Of a DNA stretch of 64,000 bases, positions 39,615 through 50,515 are shown in pieces; position 1 is the first letter of the stretch, and every line of letters starts with the position of its first letter. The notes beneath the pieces were generated by a model. That model was not told where the DNA came from. It worked only from the letters and a program-made list of their open reading frames with translations, and searched no databases. The stretch lies in the NCBI GenBank assembly GCA_964291265.2, contig OZ219746.1, positions 160,001 through 224,000 on the forward strand, read 5' to 3'. Both the position numbers and the translations under genes were made by a program. Source of the DNA: Alphaproteobacteria bacterium (GTDB lineage Bacteria > Pseudomonadota > Alphaproteobacteria > SP197).

Positions 39615-42021
39615 GGCGCAGGTCCTCCAGTTGCGGGCGCCAGCCACGCAGGATCAGTGAATTGCCGACGACGCTCACGCTCGAGAGCGCCATGGCGAGG
39701 GCGGCCAGGGACGGACTCAAGTGACCCAGCGCCGCCAGGGGCAGGCCGATGACATTGTAGACGAAGGCCCAGAAGAGATTCTGCCTGATCTTGCGCCACG
39801 TCCTTCGCGAGATGTCGATGGCGGCGGCCACCAGTCGGGGATCGGGACGCATGAGCGTGATGGCCGCCGTCTCCATGGCGACGTCCGTGCCGGACCCCAT
39901 GGCCATGCCGACCGTGGCCCGGGCGAGGGCCGGCGCATCGTTGATGCCGTCGCCCACCATGCCGACCTTCCGGCCGCCCTCCATGAGTTCGTCGATCATG
40001 GCCACCTTGTCTTCCGGACGCACGCGGGCGCGGAAATCGTCGATCCCGGTGGCAACGGCCATGCGCCGGGTGGCAGCCGTGGTGTCGCCCGATGCAAGAA
40101 ACGGCGTGATCCCCAGTTGCCTGAGGGCGTCGACCGCCTCGTTCGCACCGGGCCGCATGTCATCGGCGAGGGCAAACCGGGCCAGCCAGACATCACCGTC
40201 GTCGCTGCGGGCGCCGAGCCACACTCCGCCGTCGTCGTCCGGCTCGACGTGATCGGGTGCGGTGAAGGCGAGGGCGTCGAAGAGGCGGCGGTTCCCCGCA
40301 AGGTATCGGGTGCCGTTCACGATGCCCTCCACACCCAGGGCCACCCGGCTGGAAAACTCCTGCACCTCCCGGAGAGGGAGCCGGCGTTCCTCGGCCGCCA
40401 CGCGAAATGCTTCGGCGACCGGGTGTTCGCTCCCCTGCTGCAGGGAGGCCATGATCTCCAGGGCCGTGTTCTCATCGAGATCATCGACGAACAGCCGGAT
40501 GGTTCCCAGACGCGGCGTGCCGGTGGTCAGCGTGCCGGTCTTGTCGAGCACCATGTGCTTCAGTCCGTGCGCCTGTTCGAGGACCTCGACATCCTTGATG
40601 AGGATGCCGGTCCGCGCTGCAGCTCCGGAGCCGGTCATGATGGCGGTCGGTGTGGCCAGTCCCAGAGCGCACGGGCAGGCGATGACGAGGACCGATACCG
40701 CATTGACGACGGCGACCTCGATACCGGCTCCGGCCACAAGCCAGCCCAGCAAGGCGATGGCCGCGATGGCAACCACCAGGGGGACGAAGATCCCGCACAC
40801 CCGGTCCGCCAGACGTTGAACGGTCGGCTTGGCGGCCTGGGCGTCCTCGACCAGGCGAATCATCCGCGCCAGGGTCGAATCGGCGCCGGTGGCCCGGGCT
40901 TCGATGGTCAACAGGCCATCGATGTTGAGGGATCCGGCGATGACCGGATCGCCTTTGCCGCGTGAAACCGGCGTGCTTTCGCCGGTCACCAGCGATTCAT
41001 CCACCTCGGCCACGCCACCGGCGACGATGCCGTCGGCAGCGACCTGCATGCCGGTGCGGCAGACGAGTCTGTCCCCCACCCTGACCTCCCGCACAGGCCT
41101 TTCGTGAACCGTGCCGTCTTCAGCCTCGACGAGAGCGGTCCGCGGCCTGAGTGCCAGAAGTTCCCTGATGGCCTGTGCGGCGCCGCGCCGTGCCCTCATC
41201 TCCAGTTGCTTGCCGACGAGAACCAGCGTGATGATGATGGCCGAGGCCTCGAAGTAGAGTTGACCCGACGCCGCATGGCCCAGCGTCGCGTACTGGTACC
41301 AGCTGAAGAAGTAGGCGGCCGTGGTTCCCGTCACCACCAGAACCTCCATGTTCGCGCCGCCCCCACGCAGGGCATTGAGGGCGCCACGATAGAGCCGGGC
41401 GCCGATCAAGAACTGCAGCGGCGTGGCGAGAAGGGCCTCGAGGAGCGGGGGCATGGCCCAGCCGATCGTCGGGGCCTGGTGTGCCGCCATCTGCACGACA
41501 AATGGGGCGGAAAGAAGGATGGCGGCCCCGAGGGCCATGTGATGTCGGAGATCACGCCGGTCCTCGACCGGCCCTGCATTGCTGGAGGCAAGGACGCATC
41601 CGGCCTCCCTGGCACGCTCTTCGAGACTCTCGTCGCTCACGGCGAGGGCGTAGCGCTGCACTTCGATCAGCGCGCGGTCGCCGACGATCGTCGCGGCCAC
41701 CACACCGGGCGTTCCTTCGAGCGCCGCCCGGACCACTCCCGCAGCGGATTCGTCCGCCGCTTCCGAGATCCGATAGGACCGGATTTCCTTCCTCGCATCG
41801 AAGCCGGCCCGGCGCACCACCTGAACCACCGAGTCGAGGGAGGTTCCGTCATCGATATCGATCGTGGCCCGCTCCGTGGCCAGGTTGACGGCAGCGGTTG
41901 CAACCCCCGATGCCGCCGACAGCATCCGTTCCAGGCGGGTCGAACAGGCGCTGCACGTCATGCCGTCGATGAGAAGCTGATAGCGGTGTGTCGCGGTTCC
42001 GGCAATCGACGGGATTGTCAT
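39601..42021 (-). CDS. copA: Copper-translocating P1B-type ATPase
   Basis: GMTCSAC, TGES, CPC, DKTGT, GDGIND, YN, MALSS. Confidence 0.93.
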   Translation of the reverse strand: MTIPSIAGTATHRYQLLIDGMTCSACSTRLERMLSAASGVATAAVNLATERATIDIDDGTSLDSVVQVVRRAGFDARKEIRSYRISEAADESAAGVVRAALEGTPGVVAATIVGDRALIEVQRYALAVSDESLEERAREAGCVLASSNAGPVEDRRDLRHHMALGAAILLSAPFVVQMAAHQAPTIGWAMPPLLEALLATPLQFLIGARLYRGALNALRGGGANMEVLVVTGTTAAYFFSWYQYATLGHAASGQLYFEASAIIITLVLVGKQLEMRARRGAAQAIRELLALRPRTALVEAEDGTVHERPVREVRVGDRLVCRTGMQVAADGIVAGGVAEVDESLVTGESTPVSRGKGDPVIAGSLNIDGLLTIEARATGADSTLARMIRLVEDAQAAKPTVQRLADRVCGIFVPLVVAIAAIALLGWLVAGAGIEVAVVNAVSVLVIACPCALGLATPTAIMTGSGAAARTGILIKDVEVLEQAHGLKHMVLDKTGTLTTGTPRLGTIRLFVDDLDENTALEIMASLQQGSEHPVAEAFRVAAEERRLPLREVQEFSSRVALGVEGIVNGTRYLAGNRRLFDALAFTAPDHVEPDDDGGVWLGARSDDGDVWLARFALADDMRPGANEAVDALRQLGITPFLASGDTTAATRRMAVATGIDDFRARVRPEDKVAMIDELMEGGRKVGMVGDGINDAPALARATVGMAMGSGTDVAMETAAITLMRPDPRLVAAAIDISRRTWRKIRQNLFWAFVYNVIGLPLAALGHLSPSLAALAMALSSVSVVGNSLILRGWRPQLEDLRHDNP

Positions 42022-43466
42022 GGCGACGTGCCGGCGTCGATGGCCCGGTCGCGGCACGGCGACTGTGGCGCGTTGGTGTTCCGCAACCAGTGGGGCAGTC
42101 GCTGGTTGGCGAAGAGACTGTCGAGGGTCTCGCGCTCGCGCACCACTGCGGCTTCTCTCCGCCGCACCATCACCGTTGCCGGGCGTGGCACCCAGTTCAG
42201 CTGATGGGAATCGGACTCGGCGTACATGCCGGCATCAAGAATGGCGATCGCATCGTCTCGCGAAAGCGCAGGAAGGGAGCAGTCCTCGCCGAGGACGGAG
42301 GGAATGCAGATCGGCCCGACGACATCGGCGCACCAGGCAATCGGCCGATGCATCGAGGAGGCGGCGATGACAAGGTTGCGGGTGCCTTCCTCACCGGCGC
42401 CGATGAGCGGCATCAGGTTGGTGCTGGCATCGACATTGACCCAGGTCATGCCGCCGTCGTGCTTGATGGAACCCACGCGCGACACCAGGACACCGGCATT
42501 GCCGGCGATGTAGCGCCCAGGTTCCAGCCACAGGGCGGGCAGAGGCAGGCCGGCGCGCGAGAGTTCGCCCGCGAGTGCCGCGGCCGACGCGTTGGCGTAG
42601 TCCTCGATGTCATGGGCATTGGGCCGCGTATCCTTCGATTCAGGGTCACGCTTTCGGGCCCAGCCGCCGCCGATGTCGATCACCGACGGCGCAAACCCCG
42701 TCTCCCCGTGAAGGAGGACCGCCAGGCGCCCGACTTCGGCATCGAAGGCGGCGCGGTGGCGCAGATCGGCGGTCATGCGTCCGAGGTGGGCATGGTATCC
42801 GGTGAGTTCAAGTTCATCGATGGCGGCGATCCGGCGGATCATGCGGCAGGCTGCAGGGGGAGTGACACCCCATTTCCAGCGGGCAAGCTGCGGCCTCAGG
42901 TCGCCCGAGAAGGAAACGAGATCGCTCTCGAATGCGGCGAAGGACTCGGGAACCACCTTCAGCCTGATGTTGACCCGTGCCCGGCGCCCGTCCGCCCGCG
43001 CCACGCTGGCCAGGCGTTCGATCTCCTCCTCGTCGTCGAGATTGATGCAGACACCCAGTTCCACCGCCCTGGCGAGCGCGGCGATGGTCTTGCTGGAGCC
43101 GTTGAGGGCGATGAGCGACGGATCGGCGCCTCCGGCAAAGGTCGCCTCGAGTTCGCCGCTGCCGAAACAGTCACCGCCGGCGCCTTCCTGGTGCAGCACC
43201 GCCCGCACGGCGAAGTTGGGATTGCACTTGATGGCGTACATCACGTTGACGGGCCCCGGCCAGGCGGTTTCGAACGCTACGCGGATTCGCCGGTAGTTGG
43301 CGCGCAGCGTGGCGTCCGAGAGAACGAAGAGAGGAGACCCGAATTGCCGGAGCAGGTCGGTGACCCTGGCGTCCTCGATGCGGAGCACGCCGTCTGTCGA
43401 GACCGAGAGATGGTCGCTCGGGGTCAGCACCCGGTCGAGCAGATCGGCTGTCGTGTCTTCGGTCAC
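42018..43466 (-). CDS. Diaminopimelate decarboxylase-family (type III PLP) enzyme
   Basis: YAIKCN, HAHLG, DIGGG, EPGRY, GPIC; GTG start VTEDTT. Confidence 0.85.
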   Translation of the reverse strand: MTEDTTADLLDRVLTPSDHLSVSTDGVLRIEDARVTDLLRQFGSPLFVLSDATLRANYRRIRVAFETAWPGPVNVMYAIKCNPNFAVRAVLHQEGAGGDCFGSGELEATFAGGADPSLIALNGSSKTIAALARAVELGVCINLDDEEEIERLASVARADGRRARVNIRLKVVPESFAAFESDLVSFSGDLRPQLARWKWGVTPPAACRMIRRIAAIDELELTGYHAHLGRMTADLRHRAAFDAEVGRLAVLLHGETGFAPSVIDIGGGWARKRDPESKDTRPNAHDIEDYANASAAALAGELSRAGLPLPALWLEPGRYIAGNAGVLVSRVGSIKHDGGMTWVNVDASTNLMPLIGAGEEGTRNLVIAASSMHRPIAWCADVVGPICIPSVLGEDCSLPALSRDDAIAILDAGMYAESDSHQLNWVPRPATVMVRRREAAVVRERETLDSLFANQRLPHWLRNTNAPQSPCRDRAIDAGTSP

Positions 43467-43491
43467 GCGTGTTCCCCCTCGAAGGGACGCG

Positions 43492-44436
43492 TCATCCCCC
43501 GGGACCTGTCGCCGGGCCGGTGGTCCAGGCGTCGGCAGCGAAAGCATTGTTGTAGAAGTCCCGCTGACGCCGGGCACCGGCGATGGTGTTGTGCATGAGC
43601 ATGGCGACCGTGACCGGACCGACGCCGCCCGGCACGGGCGTGATCCAGCCTGCCACCTCGCGGCAGCTTTCGAGATCACAGTCGCCGACGACACGGCGAC
43701 TGCCACCCGCATCTGTCACCGGGTTGATGCCGATATCGATGACGCAGGCGCCAGGCTTGATCATGTTGCCCGTCACGAGACCAGGTCTGCCGACGGCCAC
43801 GAACACGGCGTCTGCCTGGCGGCTGTGCACGGCGAGATTGCGGGTCCGGTGATGGCACACGGTGACCGTGGCGCCCTCGGCCATGAGCAGGAAGGCGATC
43901 GGCTTGCCGACGATGTCGGAATGGCCGATGACCACAACTTCGAGACCGGAGAGATTGAGACCCGTCGTCTTGAGGATGTGGACCGATGCCATCGCCGTGC
44001 AGGGACCGAGGTCGAGTTCGTTGTAGACGATGTTGCCGACGGATGCGGGATGCAGGCCCTCCACGTCCTTGAGCGGGTGGATGGCGCTCTGCAACCTCTT
44101 GATGTTGATCTGCTCCGGCACCGGACGCTGCACGATGATGCCGGTGACTCGGGGGTCGGCATTCATGGCCTGGACCGCCGCCAGCATTTCCGCTTCGCTG
44201 ATGTCTGCCGCGAAGTGGCGTTCGTCAAACGCGATGCCGAGACGTTCGGCTGTCCGCTTCTGGTTGCGCACATAGATGGACACGGCGTCTGCATCACCGA
44301 TCACCACGGAGACGAGGCGCGGCGCCCAGCCCCGTTCCGTCAGTTCATCGACGGCTCTGCGTGTCTCCTCGTGGAGTCCGGCGGCGATCCTGCGGCCGTC
44401 CAGTTCCTTGTGTTTCCGCTGGGATTCATCGGTCAC
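43492..44436 (-). CDS. folD: Methylene-THF dehydrogenase/cyclohydrolase
   Basis: YVRNQKR, KDVEGLHP, SDIVGKP, TPVPGGVGPVT. Confidence 0.93.
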   Translation of the reverse strand: MTDESQRKHKELDGRRIAAGLHEETRRAVDELTERGWAPRLVSVVIGDADAVSIYVRNQKRTAERLGIAFDERHFAADISEAEMLAAVQAMNADPRVTGIIVQRPVPEQINIKRLQSAIHPLKDVEGLHPASVGNIVYNELDLGPCTAMASVHILKTTGLNLSGLEVVVIGHSDIVGKPIAFLLMAEGATVTVCHHRTRNLAVHSRQADAVFVAVGRPGLVTGNMIKPGACVIDIGINPVTDAGGSRRVVGDCDLESCREVAGWITPVPGGVGPVTVAMLMHNTIAGARRQRDFYNNAFAADAWTTGPATGPGG

Positions 44437-44458
44437 GAACGCCCTCTCCCCGGGTTGC

Positions 44459-45442
44459 CTACTCGATCCTGGCGAAGGGCGAGGGATCGTTGCTGAACGT
44501 TCCCATCCAGGCGATCACGGCGGCGCGATCCTCTTCGTCGGAGATGCCGCGGAAACCCATCTTGCCGCCGGGAACGTCCATGCGGGGATTTTCGAGGTAG
44601 GCCCACAAACGACGCCAGGTCCAGGTTCCGCTCTCGGCTTCCAGCGCATCGGAATAGGTGTATCCATCCACGCTGGCGATGTCGCGGTCCACCATGTTCC
44701 AGAGATTGGGACCGACGCGGTTGGCGCCGCTCGGTGTGAACGTGTGACAGGCCCTGCACGCACGGGCGACACGTCCGCCCTCCTCGGCGGAGGCTCCGGT
44801 GATCATGGCCAGAACAGGATCTGCCGCCTCGGCTTCGACAGGGTGAACATCCGCATCAGCCGGTTTCAGCATCGACGTGTCGTCCCTGGCGGCTTCGGGC
44901 AGGGCGAGTGGCGCATCGCTCTGGGAGTTGAGCCAGGCGATGAGGTCGGCGCGATCCTCGTCGTCGGAGATACCCTTGAACACCATCTTGTTTCCAGGTG
45001 CGTAGCCCCTGGGATCGGTGATGTAGAGGCTCAGTTCCTCGAACGTCCAGATTCCGCCCAGACCGGCGATGACATCGGAGTAGTTGAAGGTGTCGCGTCC
45101 TCCCTGCGGTGCACCGACCACACCGTAGAGGTTGGGTCCCTGTCCATCCCGGCCGCCCGCCTCGACGCTGTGGCAACTCTTGCACTTGCGAAACTGCTTT
45201 TCGCCGTTGGCGAGGTCCGCACTGGCCAGCAGGGTGGCGATCGGCACCAACCCGGCAGGAACCTCGACAGCAGGTGTTTCGTCGACGGCTTCGGCGTCAG
45301 CCATCATGTTCTCGGCGTGTTCGGGCGCTGCATGTTCCACGGCCGGACCGTAGAGCGTGTTGACCAGCTTGCCGATGCCAAAGGCAAGCAAGAGTCCGAC
45401 CAGCAGGCCGGCGGCAATCTTGTTGAACTCCAGAGCATCCAT
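44459..45442 (-). CDS. Membrane-anchored cytochrome c with two tandem class I domains (CycM-like)
   Basis: MDALEFNKIA anchor; CKSCH...PGNKMVF and CRACH...PGGKMGF. Confidence 0.88.
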   Translation of the reverse strand: MDALEFNKIAAGLLVGLLLAFGIGKLVNTLYGPAVEHAAPEHAENMMADAEAVDETPAVEVPAGLVPIATLLASADLANGEKQFRKCKSCHSVEAGGRDGQGPNLYGVVGAPQGGRDTFNYSDVIAGLGGIWTFEELSLYITDPRGYAPGNKMVFKGISDDEDRADLIAWLNSQSDAPLALPEAARDDTSMLKPADADVHPVEAEAADPVLAMITGASAEEGGRVARACRACHTFTPSGANRVGPNLWNMVDRDIASVDGYTYSDALEAESGTWTWRRLWAYLENPRMDVPGGKMGFRGISDEEDRAAVIAWMGTFSNDPSPFARIE

Positions 45443-45637
45443 GTGCACCGGCCCCGAAAAGGAGTGGTCCCGGTTGGGGAAGTGGCGCCTCCGTCGAGGC
45501 GGTTCGCAGATTAGTCAAGTCGCGCCTGTGTTCAAGTCCCTTCTCGACTGCCCTGCCGTGGCCTGATTGTCGCCGCGGCATGTCCCGAATAGTCTCCCCC
45601 ATGGCGCAGGACGGCGTCTTGAGGGCGCGAAGGGAGT

Positions 45638-46195
45638 GTGGGCATGGCGGGAAGCCGCATGGTGGATGTCCCCGGGTACTCGAATGGCTGGACTGTCGTG
45701 AACGGTGGCCAGCACGATCACGAGGAATTCCCGAGTCCGTCGGTCACCCGGCTTCGCGACGGCAGCCTCCTTGCCGCAACGGGGCAGTGCTTCTTCACCA
45801 ACCGCGATCGCCCGGTCTTCACCTTCATCGCCGGCGCGTCGCCGGGATGCCACGACATGCTCCATGCCTCGTGCAACCGGGACTGTCGCGCCGGCCAGGG
45901 GGTGGCGGATCATCCCGACCGCCGTGACAGCCATTCCGAGGCGGCATGCCATGCCGGGATCGGGCATGTCCTGCAACCTGATCCGGTCAGCCTGTTCCAG
46001 ATCACGTCCCCCGGGCGGGACGGCCGGTTCGTCATCGGCAACACCCTGAGCGCAGCCGGTGACAGCGTCACGCCGAGGGCAGACATCGACTGCATCCTCA
46101 TCCTCACGGCCTGTTCTTCGGAGCGCATTGTCGGCGGACGCTCCACGCCTCTTCGTCTCGAAGCCCATGATCGCCGCCCCCCTGCCGGTTGTTGA
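45638..46195 (+). pseudogene. Degenerate DUF1989 (urea carboxylase-associated) family gene
   Basis: PGCHDML..C, PDPVSLFQ, S.AGDSV..RA..DCI..TACS; N-terminal part short or decayed. Confidence 0.55.
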
Positions 46196-46928
46196 CCCCC
46201 TGTCTGCGATCATCGTCATTCCGGCGCGCATGGCGTCCACCAGGTTGCCGGGAAAACCCCTGTTGAGGGTCGGTGGCGAACCGATGATCGTCCAGGTATG
46301 GCGGCGCGCCATCGAAGCCGGCGTCGGGCGTGTCGTCGTTGCTGCCGCTGACCGCGTTATTGCCGATGTCGTGGAACAGGCGGGCGGAGAGGCCGTCATG
46401 ACGGATCACGATCTCCGCTCTGGGTCGGATCGCGTGCACCAGGCCCTGGCCCGCATCGACAGTCCGCACGGCATCGGCGTCGTGGTCAATCTGCAGGGGG
46501 ACCTGCCGACCCTGCAGCCGAGCGACCTCGGCCGCGTTGTCGACACGCTCGCCGGGAGCGGCGCCGACGTGGCCACTCTCGCTGCACCGACGACGGACGA
46601 GGAAGAGGCCCGTGACCCCAATGTCGTCAAGGTGGTGGTGGCCTGGAACGACGGGGAAGAGATGGGCAGGGCGCTTTGTTTCACGAGAGCCCGCGCACCC
46701 TGGGGCGAGGGTCCCCTGTGGCACCATGTCGGTATCTACGCCTACCGCCGGGAGGCGCTCGAACGCTTCGTTGCGTTGCCGGCAAGCGCCCTGGAGCGAA
46801 GGGAACGGCTTGAACAGATGCGAGTCCTCGAGGCTGGCATGAGCATGGCCGTGGGCCGTGTTGACAGTGTTCCGGTCGGTGTCGATACTCTCCGGGACCT
46901 TGAGCAGGCGCGTTCCTTCTTCTGCTGA
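46167..46928 (+). CDS. kdsB: 3-deoxy-manno-octulosonate cytidylyltransferase
   Basis: IPARMASTRLPGKPL, SGSDR, NLQGD, HVGIYAY, LEQMR. Confidence 0.95.
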   Translation: MIAAPLPVVDPLSAIIVIPARMASTRLPGKPLLRVGGEPMIVQVWRRAIEAGVGRVVVAAADRVIADVVEQAGGEAVMTDHDLRSGSDRVHQALARIDSPHGIGVVVNLQGDLPTLQPSDLGRVVDTLAGSGADVATLAAPTTDEEEARDPNVVKVVVAWNDGEEMGRALCFTRARAPWGEGPLWHHVGIYAYRREALERFVALPASALERRERLEQMRVLEAGMSMAVGRVDSVPVGVDTLRDLEQARSFFC

Positions 46929-46956
46929 GGGACGTTTTCAGTCCCCGATCCAGGCC

Positions 46957-47835
46957 ATGACCGCCAGCGACAACACCATCGCCTTTCAGGGCAAGCCAGG
47001 TGCTTATTCACACCTTGCCTGCCAGGAAGCCTTTCCCTCCATGACGCCCCTGCCGTGCGCCTCCTTCGAGGATGTCTTCCGGGCCGTGGAAGGCGGCGAC
47101 GCGCGTCTGGCCATGCTGCCGATCGAGAATTCCGTTGCCGGGCGGGTCGCCGACGTCCACCACCTGATGCCTCTGTCGTCCCTGCAGATTGTCGCAGAGC
47201 ACTTCCACAAGGTGAACCACAGCCTACTGGGGGTGCCCGGCGCCGGGGTGCAGGACCTCGCTGTCGTTCACTCCCATATCCAGGCGCTCAGTCAGTGCCG
47301 TCAGGCCTTGCGGCGTCTTGACCTCGAACCGGCCTCCCATGCGGACACCGCCGGCGCTGCCCATGACGTTGCCGGCAGGGGCGATCCGGCCCATGGCGCC
47401 ATCGCTTCGGAACTGGCGGCCCGCATCTACGGTCTCGACATCCTGGAGCGGGATCTCGAGGACGCGGACCACAATCACACCCGGTTCCTCGTCCTGTCCC
47501 GGCCCGCTCCCCTCCCTGAACCGGGCGGCGACTCCCTCATGACCAGCATGATCTTCCGCGTTCGCAGCGTCCCCGCGGCGCTCTACAAGGCACTGGGCGG
47601 CTTTGCCACCAACGGTGTCAACCTGACGAAGATCGAGAGCTACATGATCGACGGGACGTTCAGCGCCGCCCAGTTCCATGTCGACGCCGAAGGTCATCCC
47701 GACGAACGCCCGATGCGCCTTGCCCTGGAGGAGCTGGGGTTCTTCGCGCTCGAAGTGAGGATTCTCGGGACCTACACGGCGCATCCCTACAGGGAGGCCA
47801 TGCACGAGGACGCCGGCGACCGGGGGAGTGTCTGA
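46957..47835 (+). CDS. pheA: Prephenate dehydratase
   Basis: FQGKPGAYS, PIENS, NHTRF, NLTKIES. Confidence 0.95.
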   Translation: MTASDNTIAFQGKPGAYSHLACQEAFPSMTPLPCASFEDVFRAVEGGDARLAMLPIENSVAGRVADVHHLMPLSSLQIVAEHFHKVNHSLLGVPGAGVQDLAVVHSHIQALSQCRQALRRLDLEPASHADTAGAAHDVAGRGDPAHGAIASELAARIYGLDILERDLEDADHNHTRFLVLSRPAPLPEPGGDSLMTSMIFRVRSVPAALYKALGGFATNGVNLTKIESYMIDGTFSAAQFHVDAEGHPDERPMRLALEELGFFALEVRILGTYTAHPYREAMHEDAGDRGSV

Positions 47836-47859
47836 CGACAACGGCGCACTCGGGCGTCG

Positions 47860-48040
47860 TGCCGGACCTGGCCGAAGGACCACCGGCCCGTTCTTGACCT
47901 CCCTGTCGAGATCATCGACCGCCGGCCAGCTGTTGTGCGGATTGGCAGAGATCACATCCAGGTCCGCTCGTGGTGTTCCCCTCGCCGCATCCCTGTCGCC
48001 ATCCCGGTCCCGCTCGGTTCCGCGGCCGACGGTCATGACA
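47860..48040 (-). pseudogene. Possible amidohydrolase C-terminal relic
   Basis: ADLDVISANP...VKNGPVV resembles the amidohydrolase C-terminal motif; heavily decayed. Confidence 0.3.
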
Positions 48041-48489
48041 TCCGAGCAATCCTGGAACGTCCGGGTTTGTCAGGCCGACGCTGGCCGGGCGCCGGTCCCC
48101 TGCTCGCGCCGCGGCCGGGTGAAACGCGTTCCGGCTCCCGGTTGCGGCGACGGCGCGCTCAACGGGAAGACCGTCCTGGGAGTCGAGTCTCGATCGTGAT
48201 TTCCGGCGTCCATCATCCCACGAATGACAGCACCTTGCAGGCAGGCCCGGACGCTCCCGTGCGGGCTTCCCCGGAGCTGCTCCGACAGACGTCACCGCAT
48301 GGATTCTGTCGCGGCGTTCGACCTTGTCGGCTTCACCATCCGCCGGAGCGGTCTCCGCAACGCAAGGACATCGTTCGCCGGATGAAGGCGAAGGACCGGT
48401 TCGATGAACTCGAGCAGACCGAGAAGGTCGTCGGCGGGCCGCTCATGGCCGCCCGGACTGCATCGCCCATGATCTCGTTGTCCGCAGCG

Positions 48490-49180
48490 CTACCACGGCA
48501 CGGGCGTCCGGTCGCGGAAGAATCCGCCGGTCGGTCCGTCGTCGGGCAGCGTCGCAAGGAAGAGCGCGGTGTCGGCGCCTTGCGCAACCGAGCGCGTCGC
48601 TGTTGCGCCGCCCATCCGGGTGCGAACCCAGCCCGGGCACATGCAGTTGACCAGGACCCCCCGGTCCGGCCTCACGCGCCAGACGCACGGTAAGAGCATT
48701 GAGCGCTGCCTTCGAGACGGCGTAGGCCGCCGGACCCTCGAGCCCGGAAGCGAACGATCCCCAGCCGGACGAAACGTTGACCACCCGTCCCCAGCCCCGC
48801 CTGGCCATGTCGGGCATGAAGGCGCACGCGGTGCGGTAAGGGCCGAGGAAGTTGACCGCGACTGCCTCGTTCATCGGTGCGGAACTTCCCGAAAGAAGGT
48901 CACCCTCTGCAAGCACGCCGGCGTTGTTGACGAGCACGTCGATGTGGACCCCGGCGCCGGCGAGATCGCTCGCACACACCCGGACCGAATTGTCGTCGGA
49001 GACGTCGATCGCCACGACGCGAACGTCATGACCGGCGCTGCGCAGATCGGCTGCGGCCTCCTCGCCGGACGCGGAATCGCGGGAGCCGAGCACGATCGCA
49101 TGTCCCTCGCGGGCAAGCTGGCGGCAGATCTCGAGTCCGATGCCCCGGTTGCCGCCGGTGACGAGCGCAGTATGGACCAT
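48490..49180 (-). pseudogene. SDR (carbonyl reductase-like) with a +1 frameshift in a G6 run
   Basis: TGGNRGIG, NNAG, YAVSK in one frame; [17 protein letters not shown]...GGFFRD in another; shift at 48657-48662. Confidence 0.85.
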
Positions 49181-49264
49181 GGTGGCTTCCTCCGTTGTGA
49201 TCAGCTCGGCAATCTGCCGCTGCGACATTACAGGCGCCCGCAGCGCGGTGCAGTGGACGCACGC

Positions 49265-49456
49265 GCCCTTCCGGTCTTGATTCGCGCCTTCGCGCTCGAG
49301 GTCGACAACGACCCGCGAGGACAATGTGATAGCGCATGGTCCATGGGCACGGCAATGACAAGGCGGCGGAAAGCCGCCGTTGTCCCCGGCTCCCTGGGCA
49401 GGCGGAGCGGCTCCGATGGTGCAGCGCGCCTGGACGATATCATGCGTGCGCGGCCG
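49265..49456 (+). repeat. Diverged ~190-bp direct repeat, copy 1
   Basis: Shares TCGCGCCTTCGCGCTC..GTCGACAACG..AGCGCATGG.CCATGGGCACGGC.ATGACAAGGCG..GCGCGGCCG with 53172-53374. Confidence 0.8.
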
Positions 49457-49479
49457 AAGCAGAGCGTCAAGTCCCGGAG

Positions 49480-49900
49480 AGCGCCAGTCTGACGCGCGAT
49501 GGCAGGTTCCGGTGAAGCGCGAGACGAAAGAAGAACGCCTGCGCAGATGAGGGCCGGGTATTCGTGCGCGGCTTCGGTGGTAAGCGGACAGCCGCCGAAG
49601 GTCTGGGGCCAGGCACGCTCGGGCGGCTGGTTCCGCATGCGTTCCGGGCCAGGAATGACGAACCGGAACGTGTTCGCGACAAGATACAGGCGCCGGAACT
49701 GCTGCCGAGTCAGCGGTCGCGCGCGGCGCTTGCACTCAGCCAGGCTGCCAGTCGACCAGCCTGATCGCAGGCCCTCTGCGATGATGCCGTGACACCGCAG
49801 GTCGTGATGCTCCTCCACCAGGTGGTCCCGGAGCCGTTGCTCACGTGCGCCACGGGTCCATCAACCGTCACCTCGCGAGGAATCCGGGAGCTTCGCCATG
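49480..49900 (-). pseudogene. Heavily decayed DUF4338-type transposase relic
   Basis: EEHHDLR...QQFRRLYLVANTFRFVI...FTGTCHRASDW across frames. Confidence 0.65.
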
Positions 49901-50515
49901 GCCGGCACACTGCCACAGCGAAAACGGGGTGTTCAGCCCAACACCGGTATGTGCCGGTATACGGGACGACGACGGAAGGGTCCTGACCGATGCACCGACC
50001 AGGGAGGATTCCTTCCGGGATGCGGTGGCGGATAGTTTCAGACATCCTGACCTCGTCCAACGTCAAGTGAGACGATTTTGGAGTGTTGCGCCGTGGATGT
50101 CGTAGACGCCGAGGTTTGTTCCCGGATGGACGGTCCTGGTTTGATTGAGCGGGATGGCAGTCGAAGGGCTCGAGCTTGGAGAAGTACCACGCCTGATCGC
50201 CGGTGACGGCCCACGAGAAGAACGAGGTGGGTGTGGCATGGGCTCCCTGGAGTGGCAGGGACGGCGCCATGGCGAGACAAAAATGCAACATGGGACATTG
50301 GACATGCTTGTCGCCACATGCCAAGCGAAAGCCGCGTTGAAACAGCCAGAAAGACAGGAAAACGGTGGATTTCCTGACCGGTGCGATATGCCTCCTCAAA
50401 AGAACAGGTCAGGATGTCTGAGCTTCCCGCCTTGCCATCGCTGGCCAGGACCCTTCACTGGGCCTGTCCCGGTGCCATGCGCATCCTTCAGCTCCGCCAA
50501 GGGCTTGCAGTTCCT

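Noticed and set aside
206-44496. Many long antisense or alternative-frame ORFs (e.g. 35918-38170 +, 41988-43598 +, 12218-13618 -)
   Set aside because: Shadow ORFs expected in high-GC DNA opposite well-supported genes; no recognisable motifs
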